NCBI RefSeq assembly: GCF_006345805.1
Contig: NW_021835987.1
Span: forward strand, 62,001-126,000
Length of the DNA stretch: 64,000 nt
Source: Octopus sinensis
Lineage: Eukaryota
Reading direction: 5' to 3'
Shown one piece after another: positions 41,196 through 54,188 of this stretch. Under the pieces are notes generated by a model. That model saw nothing but the letters and a program-made list of their open reading frames with translations. It did not search any database and was not told the origin of the DNA. The number at the start of each line of letters is the position of its first letter. Within the stretch, counting starts at the first letter, position 1. The translations under genes and the position numbers were made by a program.

Positions 41196-41841
41196 TTTCA
41201 CTGAAGATGAAGGCAGACTCTCTACAGTAGTTTGTTATGTGAACGGTTGATATCAGGACTGCTCGTTAATGTCACAATTTTCCTCTGATCTCCCGCCTGT
41301 CTTCTGTTCACAATATTTTCTTCTGTTCCCCAAAGTAGAGTCTACAGATGTCAGGTCCCTTCATATATGCCAGTACTGGTCACTGCCCTCTGTCCGATGT
41401 TCTCTGATCAGTATTACTTACAAACTCAAGAGTGTCCATAAATGACCAAAACTCACAGACTGTCCACTGCTGTTAGTGCATCCACTGAGGTCAAGCTTGT
41501 TTACTAATGTGTCTGTATTTCTCCACAGAAGTGAAAATACACCAGGCTTTTGAATACGTCTTCTCTTATTGCTATGAAGAAAAGATATCCTTGAATAGAT
41601 TCATGTACTACACTACACATAGAAAAATACAGCTGAGTAGTTATTGAAGTAGTTGCGATGGTGAGGATGTCGTTGCTATGGTGTATATGATGGTGACATA
41701 ATAGTGCTAGCATCCGTTGATGGGGTGATGTGTTTATGAGATATAAAAGATGAACAGCGAACGTTACTATGCAGATTTCCAACGAAGAAATGCTTTGAAA
41801 TCCGTCAACGTAGCTGGGACAACGGGAACTTGTTCATACTT
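41196..41841 (-). repeat. Exon-like block 'X', copy 2
   Basis: ctgcag acceptor and GTAAGT donor; homologous to 7720-8400 and 42934-43622. Confidence 0.65.
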
Positions 41842-42194
41842 CTGCAGGGAACACAATCAATTTTAATCATTGATTGTAGATATTAAAAAAATATCTTCTT
41901 TTCATGACAAATAACTGAGGCAAAATGTTTTACTTCGTTGCTTCCTAACTACAAATATAACACCTGCAGAGATACGCACGCATGCACACAAACACATATA
42001 ACGATTCATGGCCCTTGGACTTGAGTTAAAATCTATAGCTGCTTTAACGCAGGTTCTAAATTACAACGATATATAAGTGTATATAGGTACAACTGCCGGT
42101 AACAGGAATAATAAAACTCAAAATATGAATAAGTATATTTTTATAAATGTTTACTCAAGATCCGAGAGTTTTGTGCGTTGGTACTTATCAATCT

Positions 42195-42615
42195 ATTGGG
42201 TTGTCCGGAAAGTTCGTGCCGATTTTTAAAGGAAAGAAAATGGTCAATAAATACTTTTTAATCAACCAAATATGAACCATTTTGTTGCACAATACGTCTC
42301 CATCTTTCCTTTAACTTGAAAATACCCTTTTCCCGAGAATTGAGGTAGTTCCATGGCAAAGAATTCATCAAGGTATCTTTTTTCGTCATCCAAGGAATTG
42401 AAATTTTTACCATTAAGACTATTCTGCAGAGACCTGCATTAGTGGAAATCCGAAGGAGCAATATCTGGTGAACATAGAGGGAGGGTAACACATCCCAGCC
42501 GAGCTGCAGCAATTTTTGTCTGGTTCTCAAAGAAACGTGCAGTTTTGCATTATCATGCTGGAAAACAACACCCTTCCTGTTGGTCAATTCTAGACGTTTC
42601 TCATGAATTTCTGCT
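42195..42615 (-). mobile_element. mariner transposase 3' remnant with terminal repeat
   Basis: NRKGVVFQHDNAKLHVSLRTRQKLLQLGWDVLP; end tattgggttgtccggaaagttcgtgccgatttt. Confidence 0.88.
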
Positions 42616-42933
42616 TGAAAAAAATGTGAATTGTCCACGTGAGACTGCATGTGCATCTGTTATGCAATCAAATATGGCAGTATGTATCATCCAGAGGGAG
42701 ACCTCTACATGGCAGCTAGACCTTTCAAATAGACTTCATATAAACAGCACAAATTCGCGTCCCCTTCACAATGCACGCATAGTAAACTTAACACGCACAC
42801 ACACACAAACACACGTACTTAAATACACATACCCAAACACAGACGCTCACACAACTTCATCTTAATCCTTACACATTCTAATCATTACACAGTCGTTGAC
42901 ATGAAATACCACGCGATATAGAAAAAACCCCAC

Positions 42934-43622
42934 TTTCACTGAGGTGGAAGGCAGCCCCTACAACGAAGTTCCTTATGTGAACGGTTGATATCAGGACAGT
43001 TCATTAAGGTCACAATTTTCTTCTGATCATATTTATATGGATTCTTTATTAACAGGTAAAACGTGACTTGTGTGGATCACCAGTGGTGGTCAGCTGGATT
43101 GGATGGACGTTAACAACAGTCTTCTATCAATATTTTCCTCATCTGATTCAGGAATCTTCATAAATGACTGCTCTCGGTCCGACGTCCCCTAATCAGTATT
43201 ACTCGCAGTCAGGTGTGTCAGAAATGACCAAAGAGCAGAGCCTGTGCATTTATACCATCCTCTAAGATCAAACTTGCTTACTAATGTGCTAGTGTTTCTC
43301 CCCGGAAGTAAAAGAAAATACACGAAGCATTTGAATACGACTTCTTATATTTCTATGAAGAAGAAGACTCCTTGAGTAGAGTCAAGCGTTTCACCAAACG
43401 TAGAGAGATTATGCAAGTGTAGTTATAGAAGTCGGTCCGATGTTGATAATGCTGTTGCTGTTGTGTTTCTGATGCTGACATTCTAGTAATAGTTGCTGGT
43501 GATGGTGCTTGTGTAGGGGATACAATGGCTGAACTGGTGACCTCGCCAGGCCAACGATTTCCAATGGAGAAATGTAATCAAATCCGTCACGCCGATAAGG
43601 CGATCAGGACACGTTCATATAT
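42934..43622 (-). repeat. Exon-like block 'X', copy 3 (partial copy 4 at ~44570-44880)
   Basis: tgcag acceptor, GT donor at the equivalent position; contains an inserted 3'-UTR fragment. Confidence 0.65.
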
Positions 43623-43853
43623 CTGCATCAAACACAGTTTCAATCACTCATTGTTAACTTTAAAAGATATCAATATTTCTTGACAGATAAACACGCAAGT
43701 GATTTTTGCTTCAGTGAATCTTAATTACAAAGGTAACAATTGCAGATTCACACTCATACGCGCACACTCGCACACACACACATCTCATGGCCCCTGAACT
43801 GGGATTAAAATCTATAGATTCGTTAACGCAAGTTCTAAACTACAAAGAAAGCT

Positions 43854-43854
<1 letters not shown>

Positions 43855-43915
<61 letters not shown>

Positions 43916-44179
43916 TGTATGTGTGTATGTATGTGTGTGTGTATGTACGTATGTATGTATGTGTATGTATGTATGTGTATGTATGTATGTATGTATGTAT
44001 GTATGTGTGTATGTATGTGTGTGTATGTATGTATGTATGTATGTGTGTATGTATGTATGTATGTATATATATATGTATGTATGTATGTGTGTATGTATGT
44101 ATGTATGTATGTGTGTGTGTATGTATGTATGTATGTATGTATGTGTGTATGTATGTATGTATATATGTATGTATGTGTG

Positions 44180-44212
<33 letters not shown>

Positions 44213-44347
44213 GTGTGTGTATGTATGTATGTATGTGTGTGTGTATGTATGTATGTATGTGTGTATATATGTATGTATGTATGTATGTATGTGTTTGTGT
44301 ATGTATGTGTGTATGTATGTGTATGTATGTATGTATGTGTGTATGTA

Positions 44348-44378
<31 letters not shown>

Positions 44379-44480
44379 GTATGTATGTATGTATGTATAT
44401 ATATATGTATGTGTGTGTATATATATATATATGTATGTGTATGTATGTATGTACTTATGTATGTATGTATGTATGTATAG
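43855..44480. repeat. Long compound (GTAT)n/(GT)n microsatellite
   Basis: Directly visible. Confidence 0.97.
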
Positions 44481-44919
44481 GTACAATTGATGCAAACTCA
44501 AAATATGAATATGTAGATTTTTATTAATATATTAATAAAATATATTAATATATTATTAATTTGAGGTGACTCAGGGGTGACTACGCCGTAGTTCGTTATG
44601 TGAACGGTTGATATCAGAACAACTCATTAACGTCACGTCTTCCGCTGATCTATCCTGTCTTCTACTCTTAATATTTTGCTCTACCGATTAAGGAGTCTTT
44701 ATAAATGCCTGCTCTCAGTCCGATGTTCCCTTATCAGTATTAATTACAGACTCAGATGTGCCCGAAATGACCAAAACACACAGACTATCCACTAAGATCA
44801 AGCTTGTTCACTAATACGACAGTATTTCTCCACAGAAGAGAAAATAACCAAGCTTTCAAATACGTCTTCTTTCATTGACCAAAACGAACTCATCAAGTAT
44901 AAAGGACTGATTCAAAGTG

Positions 44920-45850
44920 ACCCTCCCCTGGTGGGACGCACTACGCGTCCCGTTGTACTATTGTTTACAAAACGTTTATTATAAAGAACGAGAAATTGGA
45001 TGTCTTCGAAAGAAGCCGTGGTGAAATTCCTCAGGTCAGCACAGCAGGATGTCGCCTACTTGGCCAGGCGCAAGAAATACGCAACCGAAGGAAAGGCCAG
45101 ACAACATTCCATGGCATCCCTGAAAACTGCAGAGGTGGTCCTCCTACCCACATATCTTGGAAGTGTTTCCGCCAGTAATTCCGCCAGATGTGATCGTTAC
45201 CTGGTTGGTGGCGGCACTTGTGATGGGGCTGGAGGATAAAATTTCCATCCTCCAGGCAACCAAAATAGAACAACAAATCTGGCAAGGGCAGGGACTAGAG
45301 ATGTCCCTGCCCTGTAATAAAAGCAGCCCCTGCTGATTTGAGGGAAATTGTCGATACTATACAGGTGGGAGAGGAGACCAGGCTTCGAGTGATGGTCGAG
45401 GGCAGGAAGCCCAGATGATGCCAATGTGGTCAAAAGGGCCACATATGAGCACAGTGGGCGCATCCTTCCGAGGAAGCTTTGGCTCTCCCACTTCCTGGAA
45501 AAGATACTGCACCTTCAACGACAGCCGAGGCAACCTCTGAAGCAGAGACATCAGAAGTAGAAGCAGAGACACCAGATGTGGAGGCCAGGAGGAAAGACAT
45601 TTCCGACAACACACCTGAAATGGAATGGACTACCCCACCAGCCCCAGCACATGTAAAAACAAACCCTGACACACAAACACACACACGCATCCTCCTTCTT
45701 TCCCCCACCAAATCAGACAACAGTATTATGGCTGTGAATACCAATAATAATAAACTTATGTACAAAGTAAGTAAAATTCCCACAGCGGAATCAGACAAAA
45801 ATAATTACAAAAGCAACACAAAACAATTACAAAAATAACACTGGAAATGT
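44920..45850 (+). mobile_element. Decayed gag/ORF1-like sequence with zinc knuckle (probably L1/Tx1-type LINE ORF1)
   Basis: VGEETRLRVMVEGRKPR*CQCGQKGHI*AQ (degenerate CCHC knuckle) followed by low-complexity A/E/T-rich tail. Confidence 0.55.
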
Positions 45851-46740
45851 TAAAGTATTCTACCAGGCTATGACTTGGAGTTACACGAGCATAATGTTAT
45901 ATATGTACTTTTGTTTGCATGTGTGTATATATGTATGTTTATCTGTGTGTTTGTATGATTTAGTTAATTAAGAATAGTATATTGCCATTTTTAGTTTCGT
46001 GCAGTAAAATAAATGCTTTACAATACTGGCGTGATCGTATATGCATTGGATCTGTTCAGTTTGACTCACAGATTTCTTTCATTAATATTTTTTAATTAAG
46101 CAGCTCGAAACTTTGTATACTGGTGTAATGTCTCATGCAGAACACGGTTTACTTGGAACAATTTTAACAAAATTTGGTATTTTAGAAGTGATTTCGTGTT
46201 AAAGTTGTCGTATTTGGTAATTTCAACTAATCAACGACGTGTATTCAGTTGAAGAAAGCTACTGCGGTTTGCCATATTAATCAAAGAGGAACAGCTCCGG
46301 GTCATCTCTACTGAATGCCACCACTCTGTTCTATTTGTATGTCGAGCGAAGACAATGCCACCTATATTCTTTCTTCCTTTCTAGTCAGTACCGTACATTC
46401 CTTACTCTTTCCCTCCCTTCTACACTATCAAATAGCAATCAGCGAGCGAACATGTCACTGCCACTAAAGTTCCCGTATTTTCCAGTGTATAAACCGCTAT
46501 TTGTTTCATGTTTTTGATAATGTTTTTTGAAATCTAATAAAGACTTTTATATTGACGAAATGTGTTTGTTGTTGATTATTGTAAGAAAAAATCATAACAA
46601 TAACAATACATCTCATAGTTGTAAAATAAGGCATTTTGAAACTACATACATGTCAACAACAAAAAAAGATAGCTGAGGACTTGTAGCTCAATAGGTCTTT
46701 TAAACACCGATATCGGGCAAACGAATAAATATATATATAT

Positions 46741-47260
46741 ACTAGCAGTATCGCCCGGCGTTGCTCGGGTTTGTAAGGGAAATAACTATATAAGCATTTT
46801 TAGAGAGTTACTTCCCTTATAGATGCCAATTTGGGCTTTCTTAGCCATTTCTGTTTTGGTGTCTTCAAGCCATGAAGTCGTTGTTCTAAAAGAACGCTGG
46901 TCTCCTTGTCAACGCTTTACGACGTTGATTTCCTTACACTCCCTTCCCCACAGCTTCACAAGGGAGGGAAGAAGGGGGAGAAGCAAACACAGGTGCAGGT
47001 GTTTGAGCGTGGACGCCAACTCCGCCGCCATCGACACACGAAAAATTATGCATTAAAATGGAATAAAAAATTATGTTAAATTATTTTTAAAATCGTAGAC
47101 TCATCGTAGACGCGCGCTAATACTCAGACGGGCTCGATATGAATCACGACTATAAGATACCCGAATTTGGTTAAACTGCACCGCAAAATGTGGGAGTAGT
47201 TAGAAATCTAAATCGAAGGGGACAGACACTCACACAACTACAGTTTTATATATATAGATA
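46741..47260 (+). mobile_element. Non-autonomous Helitron-like (Lep1/HINE-type) element
   Basis: 5' actagcagtatcgcccggcgttgctcggg and 3' ttttatatatatagat, typical of this class. Confidence 0.65.
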
Positions 47261-47429
47261 TAAATAATATTTCTTCCTTCTTGTTGTTGATTGTTCGATG
47301 TTTACTGGTTACTCTGACGCGGGTAAAAATAAAATTGAAGAGAGTGGTGACATTGGGTAGAGAGGACTCGGAAGTTGTTCCTTTTCGATAGGAAACGGCA
47401 GTAGCTTTCTTCGAGTGAATATACGTCGT

Positions 47430-47646
47430 TGATTACTCTTTTACTCTTTTACTCTTTTATTAGTTTCAGACCATTTAACTGCGGCCATGCTGAAGCACCG
47501 CCTTTAATCGAGCAAACTCGACCCCGGGACTTATTCTTTTGTAAGCCCAGTATTTATTCTATCGGTCTCTTTTGCCGAACCGCTAAGCAACGGGGACACA
47601 AACAAGGTTGTCAAGCAATACTAGGGGGACAAACACAGACACACAA

Positions 47647-47718
<72 letters not shown>

Positions 47719-47880
47719 GACTGTCTCCTTTCAGTTTCCGTCTACCAAATCCACTCGCAAGGCTTTGGTCGGCCCGAGGCTATAGTAGAAAACACTTGCC
47801 CAAGGTGCCACGCAGTGGGCCTGAACCCAGAACCATGTGGTTGGTAAACAAGCTACTTACCACACAGATACTCCTGCGCC
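47430..47880 (-). mobile_element. SINE family 1
   Basis: Reverse complement of the 998-1403 element. Confidence 0.88.
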
Positions 47881-48097
47881 TATTAGTAGAAATTATCCAA
47901 AAACGACAACTTTAACACGAAATAACTTCTAAAATACGAAATTTTGTCAAAAGTATTCCAAGTAATACCTGTTCTGCATGAGACATTCCACCATTATACG
48001 AAGTTTCAAACAATTTAGTTAAAAATATATATATTTATAAAAAGAGTCTCATAGACGCATATAGTTTGGTCAGAGGTCAACTGAAATAACAAAACAC

Positions 48098-48140
<43 letters not shown>

Positions 48141-48304
48141 CAGAGAAAGAGAATCACAACTTAATAGACCGATGTTGGATAGAATATTTGCATGGATTCT
48201 TTATTAACAGGTAAAACGTGACTTGTGTGGATCACCAGTGGTGGTCAACTGGATTGTATGGACGTTAACAACATCAATAGTATCAATGGGTATCATGTGC
48301 TGGG

Positions 48305-48360
48305 TTAGTTCTGCTGCCTCAGGCGGATGAATATGGCCATGGAGTCTGCTAATGCATAAC
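48305..48360 (-). CDS. Copy A terminal coding exon
   Basis: YALADSMAIFIRLRQQN*. Confidence 0.85.
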
Positions 48361-48562
48361 CTGCAAGTAACAAATAACAACATCAACAACAAAAAGACAT
48401 TCAAATATATCGTGGGAGGACTTTATACGTGATCACTCGAATTACTAGAAATGGCAGCCGAATCCCCACATAGGAAAAATACAAGTCGGTCACTTTTGGA
48501 ACTGAATGAAGGCTGATTGGCGGCTGAACAATAAGTACAAAAGTTCTATTATTACTACTCAC

Positions 48563-48597
<35 letters not shown>

Positions 48598-48611
48598 AAA
48601 CTATCACTTAC

Positions 48612-48775
48612 TATTGTTCCATATGACTTTCGATTTTTTATCAGAATAACGAATTGAAGGGTAGTAATCTGTCCGATCAAAATTGCAATAAAGTTTGTTC
48701 TCATTGATGGTCAACCAGCCACTGACACTTGAACATCCACCACCATGGATCGTTATATAGAAGCGACGATTTTTA
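48612..48775 (-). CDS. Copy A coding exon 4
   Basis: KNRRFYITIHGGGCSSVSGWLTINENKLYCNFDRTDYYPSIRYSDKKSKVIWNN. Confidence 0.87.
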
Positions 48776-48924
48776 CTGCGGAGTTTAAAAATATCAAAAA
48801 CACTTGTTTCGTTTTCAGAATGGGAAAATCTAATATACCACTATGTTTTATTACAAGTAGTATTTAATATAAATAGCCATCTGGGCATCATAGTAAATGT
48901 ATGTACAGACTGTCAATAGGCTAG

Positions 48925-49330
48925 TTGCTCTTTTACTCTTTTACTTGTTTCAGTCATTTGACTGTGGCCATGCTGGAGCACCGCTTTTAGTCGAGCAAAT
49001 CGACCCCAGAACTTATTCTTTGGAAGCCTGGTACTTATTATATCGGTCTCTTTTGCCGAACCGCTAAGTTACGGGGACATAAACACACCAACATCGGTTG
49101 TCAAGCAATGCTAGGGGGACTAACGCTGACACACAAACATATACACACACATATACATATACATATATGCGATGGGCTTCCTTCAGTTTCCGTCTACCAA
49201 ATCCACTCACAAGGCTTTGGTCGGCCCGAGGCTATAGTAGGAGACACTTGCTCAAGGTGCCACGCTGTGGGACTGAACCCGCAACCATGTGGTTGGTAAG
49301 CAAGCTACTTACCACACAGCCACTCCTGCG
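48925..49330 (-). mobile_element. SINE family 1
   Basis: Reverse complement of the 998-1403 element. Confidence 0.9.
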
Positions 49331-49804
49331 CTACTGTAGAATATTTCCTGAAAATAGATTTGCTGAGTTACGAACACAATAAATATTGGATAGACACGAA
49401 AATTCGTCCCAGCAGCGGCCAGTGAGAGCTAGAGATGTTATCTCTGGACAAATATTGCAGTAACTGGCCTGTCGAGAGTGTATATACGTTACGTATGACA
49501 CACAGATGGCCATACAAGTCTGTGTTAAAATGTGCAGGGACAACCCAAACAGCCGTCTGTAGATTCTATTTGCAACAAGATCTATCTTACACTAAAGATG
49601 CGTTTGTAAACACTCGCCTACATATATAAACAGCATATAAGCGCGCAAATGTAAATATGTAAAGAAAGTCAAAAGTGCACACGAGAAGTACACTTTAGTA
49701 AACAAAATCTACAAAAAGCCACGAACGATAATATCTTCCCGTTTTAAACATCTTAGCAAAGCGCTAAATAAACATGGAATGTATTTTGGTCAAAAGAAAT
49801 ATAA

Positions 49805-50504
49805 AGGCGTAGGTGTGGCTGTGTGGTAAGTAGCTTGCCTACCAACCACATGTTTCCGGGTTCAGTCCCACTGCGTGGCACCTTGATCTTTACTTGTTGC
49901 ATGACTAAATTTTGGTCTTTTTTTATTTTTACTATAGCCTCAGGCCGACCAAAGCCTTGTGAGAGAATTTGGCACACGGAAACTGAAAGAAGCCCGTCGT
50001 ATATCTATTATATAAAACCATCCGTTCTATCTGTATGTACGTGTGTCTTCTGGGATCTCGGACATCCTCCATCCGATTGTGCTCAAATTTTATATGTAGA
50101 TACCGACGGTATGAAGGCGTGTATAAGTCTTGAAAAAATTACAAAAATCGATTCCGGGGGAGAATGCGATCAATAAAGCCGGGGGAAAATGCATTTGTAC
50201 GCGCAAGTACATCAGCTGTTGCGATCGATACTACGCGTACGCGAGAAAAATGCACGTGCAGTTTGCGCCAAAAAAGCCGGCTGGCTTGAAATAATGCCAC
50301 AAAATGCAGTATATTTAAGAGACCCAAAAAGTAAGATGCAAAAGATATATTTTCTTCAAACTTGCCATGAAGGAAAGAAAGACTATTTGGTTTCTCAAAG
50401 AGGAGGCCTATGGGACGGTCAGATAAGTTGTTTTTTAGAAAATTTGGTTTAAATGTTTGACAACTCAGCACCGTCCATTGGACGGGGGGGGGGGGCTTTT
50501 GCTC

Positions 50505-50554
<50 letters not shown>

Positions 50555-50950
50555 TAATCAAAATAAAAACATGATGCCAAGGATTCAGCGGTACATATGT
50601 TTCGGGCCTTTATTAGACGGATTTATAACAATGCATAATGTGTGTCTATGGCCTTCTTCAGCCGCGCACAATTACTACCTCAAGGACATGTATTACATCA
50701 AAAATTCTACGTTGGGGATGCAAATCCTCTCATTCGCGCACGACATAATATATATATATGTGTCTGTATATGTTTGCGTGTCTGTGTTTGTTACCCCAAC
50801 ATCACTTGACAACCGATGCGGTTCAGCAAAAGAGATCGATAGAATAAGTACTAGGCTCACAAAGAATAAGTCCTGGGGTCGATTTGGTCGACTAAAGGCA
50901 GTGCTCTAGCATGGCCACAGTCAAATGATAGAAACAAGTAAAAGAGTAAA
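49805..50950 (+). mobile_element. SINE family 1 split by insertions in its central microsatellite
   Basis: Head at ~49805-50003, 3' half at ~50750-50950. Confidence 0.8.
50004..50505 (+). mobile_element. Non-autonomous Helitron-like element nested in SINE
   Basis: A|TCTATTATATAAAA start, subterminal hairpin ccgtcc-att-ggacgg, CTCG|T end (CTAG-like). Confidence 0.55.
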
Positions 50951-51240
50951 AGAGTATAATGGAATACAATAATATTAAAAACGAACAGGTACAAGGAAAT
51001 ATAATTATGGTATACATTTTCAGGTGAATGTATATTTTCGTGTTTTTAAAACATGTTTCACGTTTTATCTCGAAAGTCAGAAAACTAAGCAATTTGTTAC
51101 GAGAAAGCATCTCATTTAGACGTGTGATGCCAAAAATATAGAAATGTATTAGTAATGGAGAAATAGCCTAGAGGAGTGGCGGTGGAATTACTAAATTCGT
51201 AATTCTGTTCCTTTCAAAAATATCATTAGTATGTAACCAA

Positions 51241-51500
51241 GGTGGAGGCGCGTGGCTTAGGGGTTAGGGTGCCAGCATCATGATCGTAAGATTGTGGTTT
51301 CGATTCCTGGACCGGGCGACGCGTTGTGTTCTTGAGCAAAACACTTAATTTCACGTTGCTCCAGTCCACTCAGCTGGCAAAAATGAGTAACGCTGCGATG
51401 GACTGGCGTCCCGTCCAGCTGGGGAACACATACGCCATTGATACCGGGAAACTGGTCCCATGAACCTGGCTAAGCTTTTTAGAAGGGCGCATGTATTTAT
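51241..51500 (+). mobile_element. tRNA-derived SINE family 4
   Basis: ggcgcgtggcttaggggttagg...ggtttcgattcctgg head, ttgagcaaaacactt CORE-like, gcgatggactggcgtcccgtccag. Confidence 0.75.
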
Positions 51501-51699
51501 TATTTTATGTAACCAAGACAAATTACGCCTCTTTTATATATAGGAAAATAGTGATATCACCGGTGCTGCAGATATATTTCATCATTAGCAACGAAAGCAG
51601 TATTAGTTCAAAATTGAATTCTGTATATCATAATAAACGAAGATATAATTTCGAAAACCTGGAGATGCGTTGTTCGTCTCCAGAACGTATCGCGCTTAA

Positions 51700-52022
51700 A
51701 TATAATGTTGATATTTGTTTGTTGTTTGTTCCTTCTCGAGCCACGCCTGGCTCATTAGGGCCGGTTTCCCGGTTTCTTGGCGTATAGGTTCCCCACCTGG
51801 GCGGGATGCCGGTCCGTCGCAGGTGAGCTGCAAGATGCAGGAGGAAAGAGTGAGAGAAAGTTGTGGCGAAAGAGTCAGCAGAAGTTTCGCCATTACCTTC
51901 TGCCGGAGCCGCGTGGAGCTTAGGTGTTTTCGCTCATAAACACACACATCCGGTCTGAGATTTGAACCCGCGTTCCCTCGACCGCGAGTCCGCTGCTCTA
52001 ACCCCTAGGCCATGTGCGTCCA
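51700..52022 (-). mobile_element. SINE family 2 (tRNA-Arg-like head)
   Basis: Head gcacatggcctaggggttagagcagcggactcgcggtcg similar to 1545-1620; shares aaaacacctaagctccacg. Confidence 0.8.
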
Positions 52023-52155
52023 CATAATGTTGATATATATATCAGTTGCAGGTATATCTGTAGTGTACGAAAAGTGTTTTGAAAGTATAAGTCTCTACAA
52101 AACAAAAAGACCTCTACATCACGAGAGAAACCAAAAAGAATATATATTAACATAC

Positions 52156-52319
52156 TAAAATCCGTTCATTGTGAAATAAAGTCTTGCGGCTGGAGCCAGG
52201 TCGTTCCATGGTGAACTTTTCAACTTTTCGAGAGAGAACCAGCTTTGAAGGTTTGTATTTCGCCCATTAAATATCATAGTTACCACATCTGTTCGGTTTT
52301 TGTAGAGCACCAGTTTCAC
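52156..52319 (-). CDS. Copy A coding exon 3
   Basis: VKLVLYKNRTDVVTMIFNGRNTNLQSWFSLEKLKSSPWNDL; GTATGT donor. Confidence 0.88.
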
Positions 52320-52362
52320 CTGCAAAATAAATGTACACGTAGTACAAAAAGGCGCACACGCG

Positions 52363-52432
<70 letters not shown>

Positions 52433-53414
52433 TACATACCCACACATACACGCATAATGAAAAATAATTGGATCAAGTTAAATCAGGGGTCGCAAAACTT
52501 TTTCGACTATCTATCCTCTTTAGCCACTTCTTGCATATCGACCTCATTTAGCCATTTCTCCTTCCGCATTGACCCCCTTTAGACATTTCTTCTTCCACCT
52601 TGACCCCCTTTAGACATTTCTTCTTCCGCATTGAGCTCCTTTAGACATTTCTTCTTCTGCATGGACTACGCTTCTCATTTATAATATCTTAATACCTACC
52701 CTATTGTACCACATCTTAAATGCGTACCGAGTACTGATGCAATTAAAATGTTGGTTAAAATATACATCTACGAGAAATTAAGAAATTCTGAAGATGACAT
52801 ACTATTTACATTTCAGACTATGTGTACGAGTATACACTATTAAACTTTCAATTCTTGAAGTTGTTTTCATGGTTAGAAAATGTGAAAAGGGGCATCATAT
52901 TGCTGGCATATCTTTTATTGAAATTGACAGCATCAATATACAAATCTGAGTTCAAGTCCCACCCAGGTCCTCCAGTATTAATTTATGCTGGGTTCAATAA
53001 AACTTTGACCAGTCATGTATCGTAAGTTGATTTCATCGATTTTGTTTCCCATTTACTGACCACTCCCCCAAAGAGGAGTCTTTTGTCTATGATAATTATT
53101 ATTATTACTGCGGTTTGTCACGGATAAAAATTCTTACCAGCTTCTACGTGGATCATAGTCCCCCGTCTGTTGCTCGGTGTTCCCGTCTACGCCTTTAAGG
53201 TTAATTCTAAACCTAATTATAAATAGCTCTGCCTGAGTATAGTCTTCTTATATATATGGTTGTATGCATATGTACAGCTGTGTGTATATGTGTGCGCATA
53301 TACCTGAATTTGTTTCTTTTTCATGTATACTTGACCAAAGTCTGTTAAACATTATTACTATCATTATGAAAATAATGATACTGTGTGAACTTGCTCGCAC
53401 GTATGAATACATAC

Positions 53415-53593
53415 CTCATCAATTGGAAATTAGTTCCAGAAATCAAGGAGAGGGTGTCGGAAGAAGTTAGGACAAAAAGTACCTCTGCATTCGTCCACAT
53501 TCCAGTATGAAGGATGTCCTATATTCAGAAATGAATTATAAACTTTTGAACCAGCTCCCTTTGATATGGTATAGGTTTTAATCCATTGGCTAT
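53415..53593 (-). CDS. Copy A coding exon 2 (premature stop)
   Basis: SQWIKTYTISKGAGSKVYNSF...ECRGTFCPNFFRHPLLDFWN*FPIDE. Confidence 0.85.
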
Positions 53594-53600
53594 CTGAAAT

Positions 53601-53637
<37 letters not shown>

Positions 53638-53674
53638 TTAATAATAATAATTCTTTTATTCTTTTATTTGCTTT

Positions 53675-53877
53675 AGTAATTTTACTGCGGCTGTGCTGGA
53701 GCAACACCTTTTGTCGAGCAAATCAACCCCAAGACGTATTCTTTGTAAGCCTAGTACTTATTCTATCGGTATCTTTGCGCATCGAAGTTGGGGGAACAAA
53801 CACAGACACACAAACATTATACATATCCATACATACATACATACATACATACATACATACATACATACGTACACACA

Positions 53878-53930
<53 letters not shown>

Positions 53931-54080
53931 GACTGGCTTCTGTCACTTTCCGTCTACCAAATCCACTCCCAAGGCTTTGGTCGGCTCGAGGTTATAGTAG
54001 AAGACACTTGCCCAAGTTGCCACGCTATGGGGACGGCACCAAGAACTATGTGCTTGGTAAGCAAGCTACTTACCACACAT
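53675..54080 (-). mobile_element. SINE family 1
   Basis: Reverse complement of the 998-1403 element. Confidence 0.85.
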
Positions 54081-54086
54081 CCAATG

Positions 54087-54188
<102 letters not shown>

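Noticed and set aside
43021-43102. Terminal exon of another full paralogue
   Set aside because: Only the 3'-UTR tip is present; no coding part or splice acceptor
43787-44527. Long ORFs (MYVC/THIH repeats) and similar IYIY/HTHT ORFs throughout
   Set aside because: Translations of stop-free microsatellites
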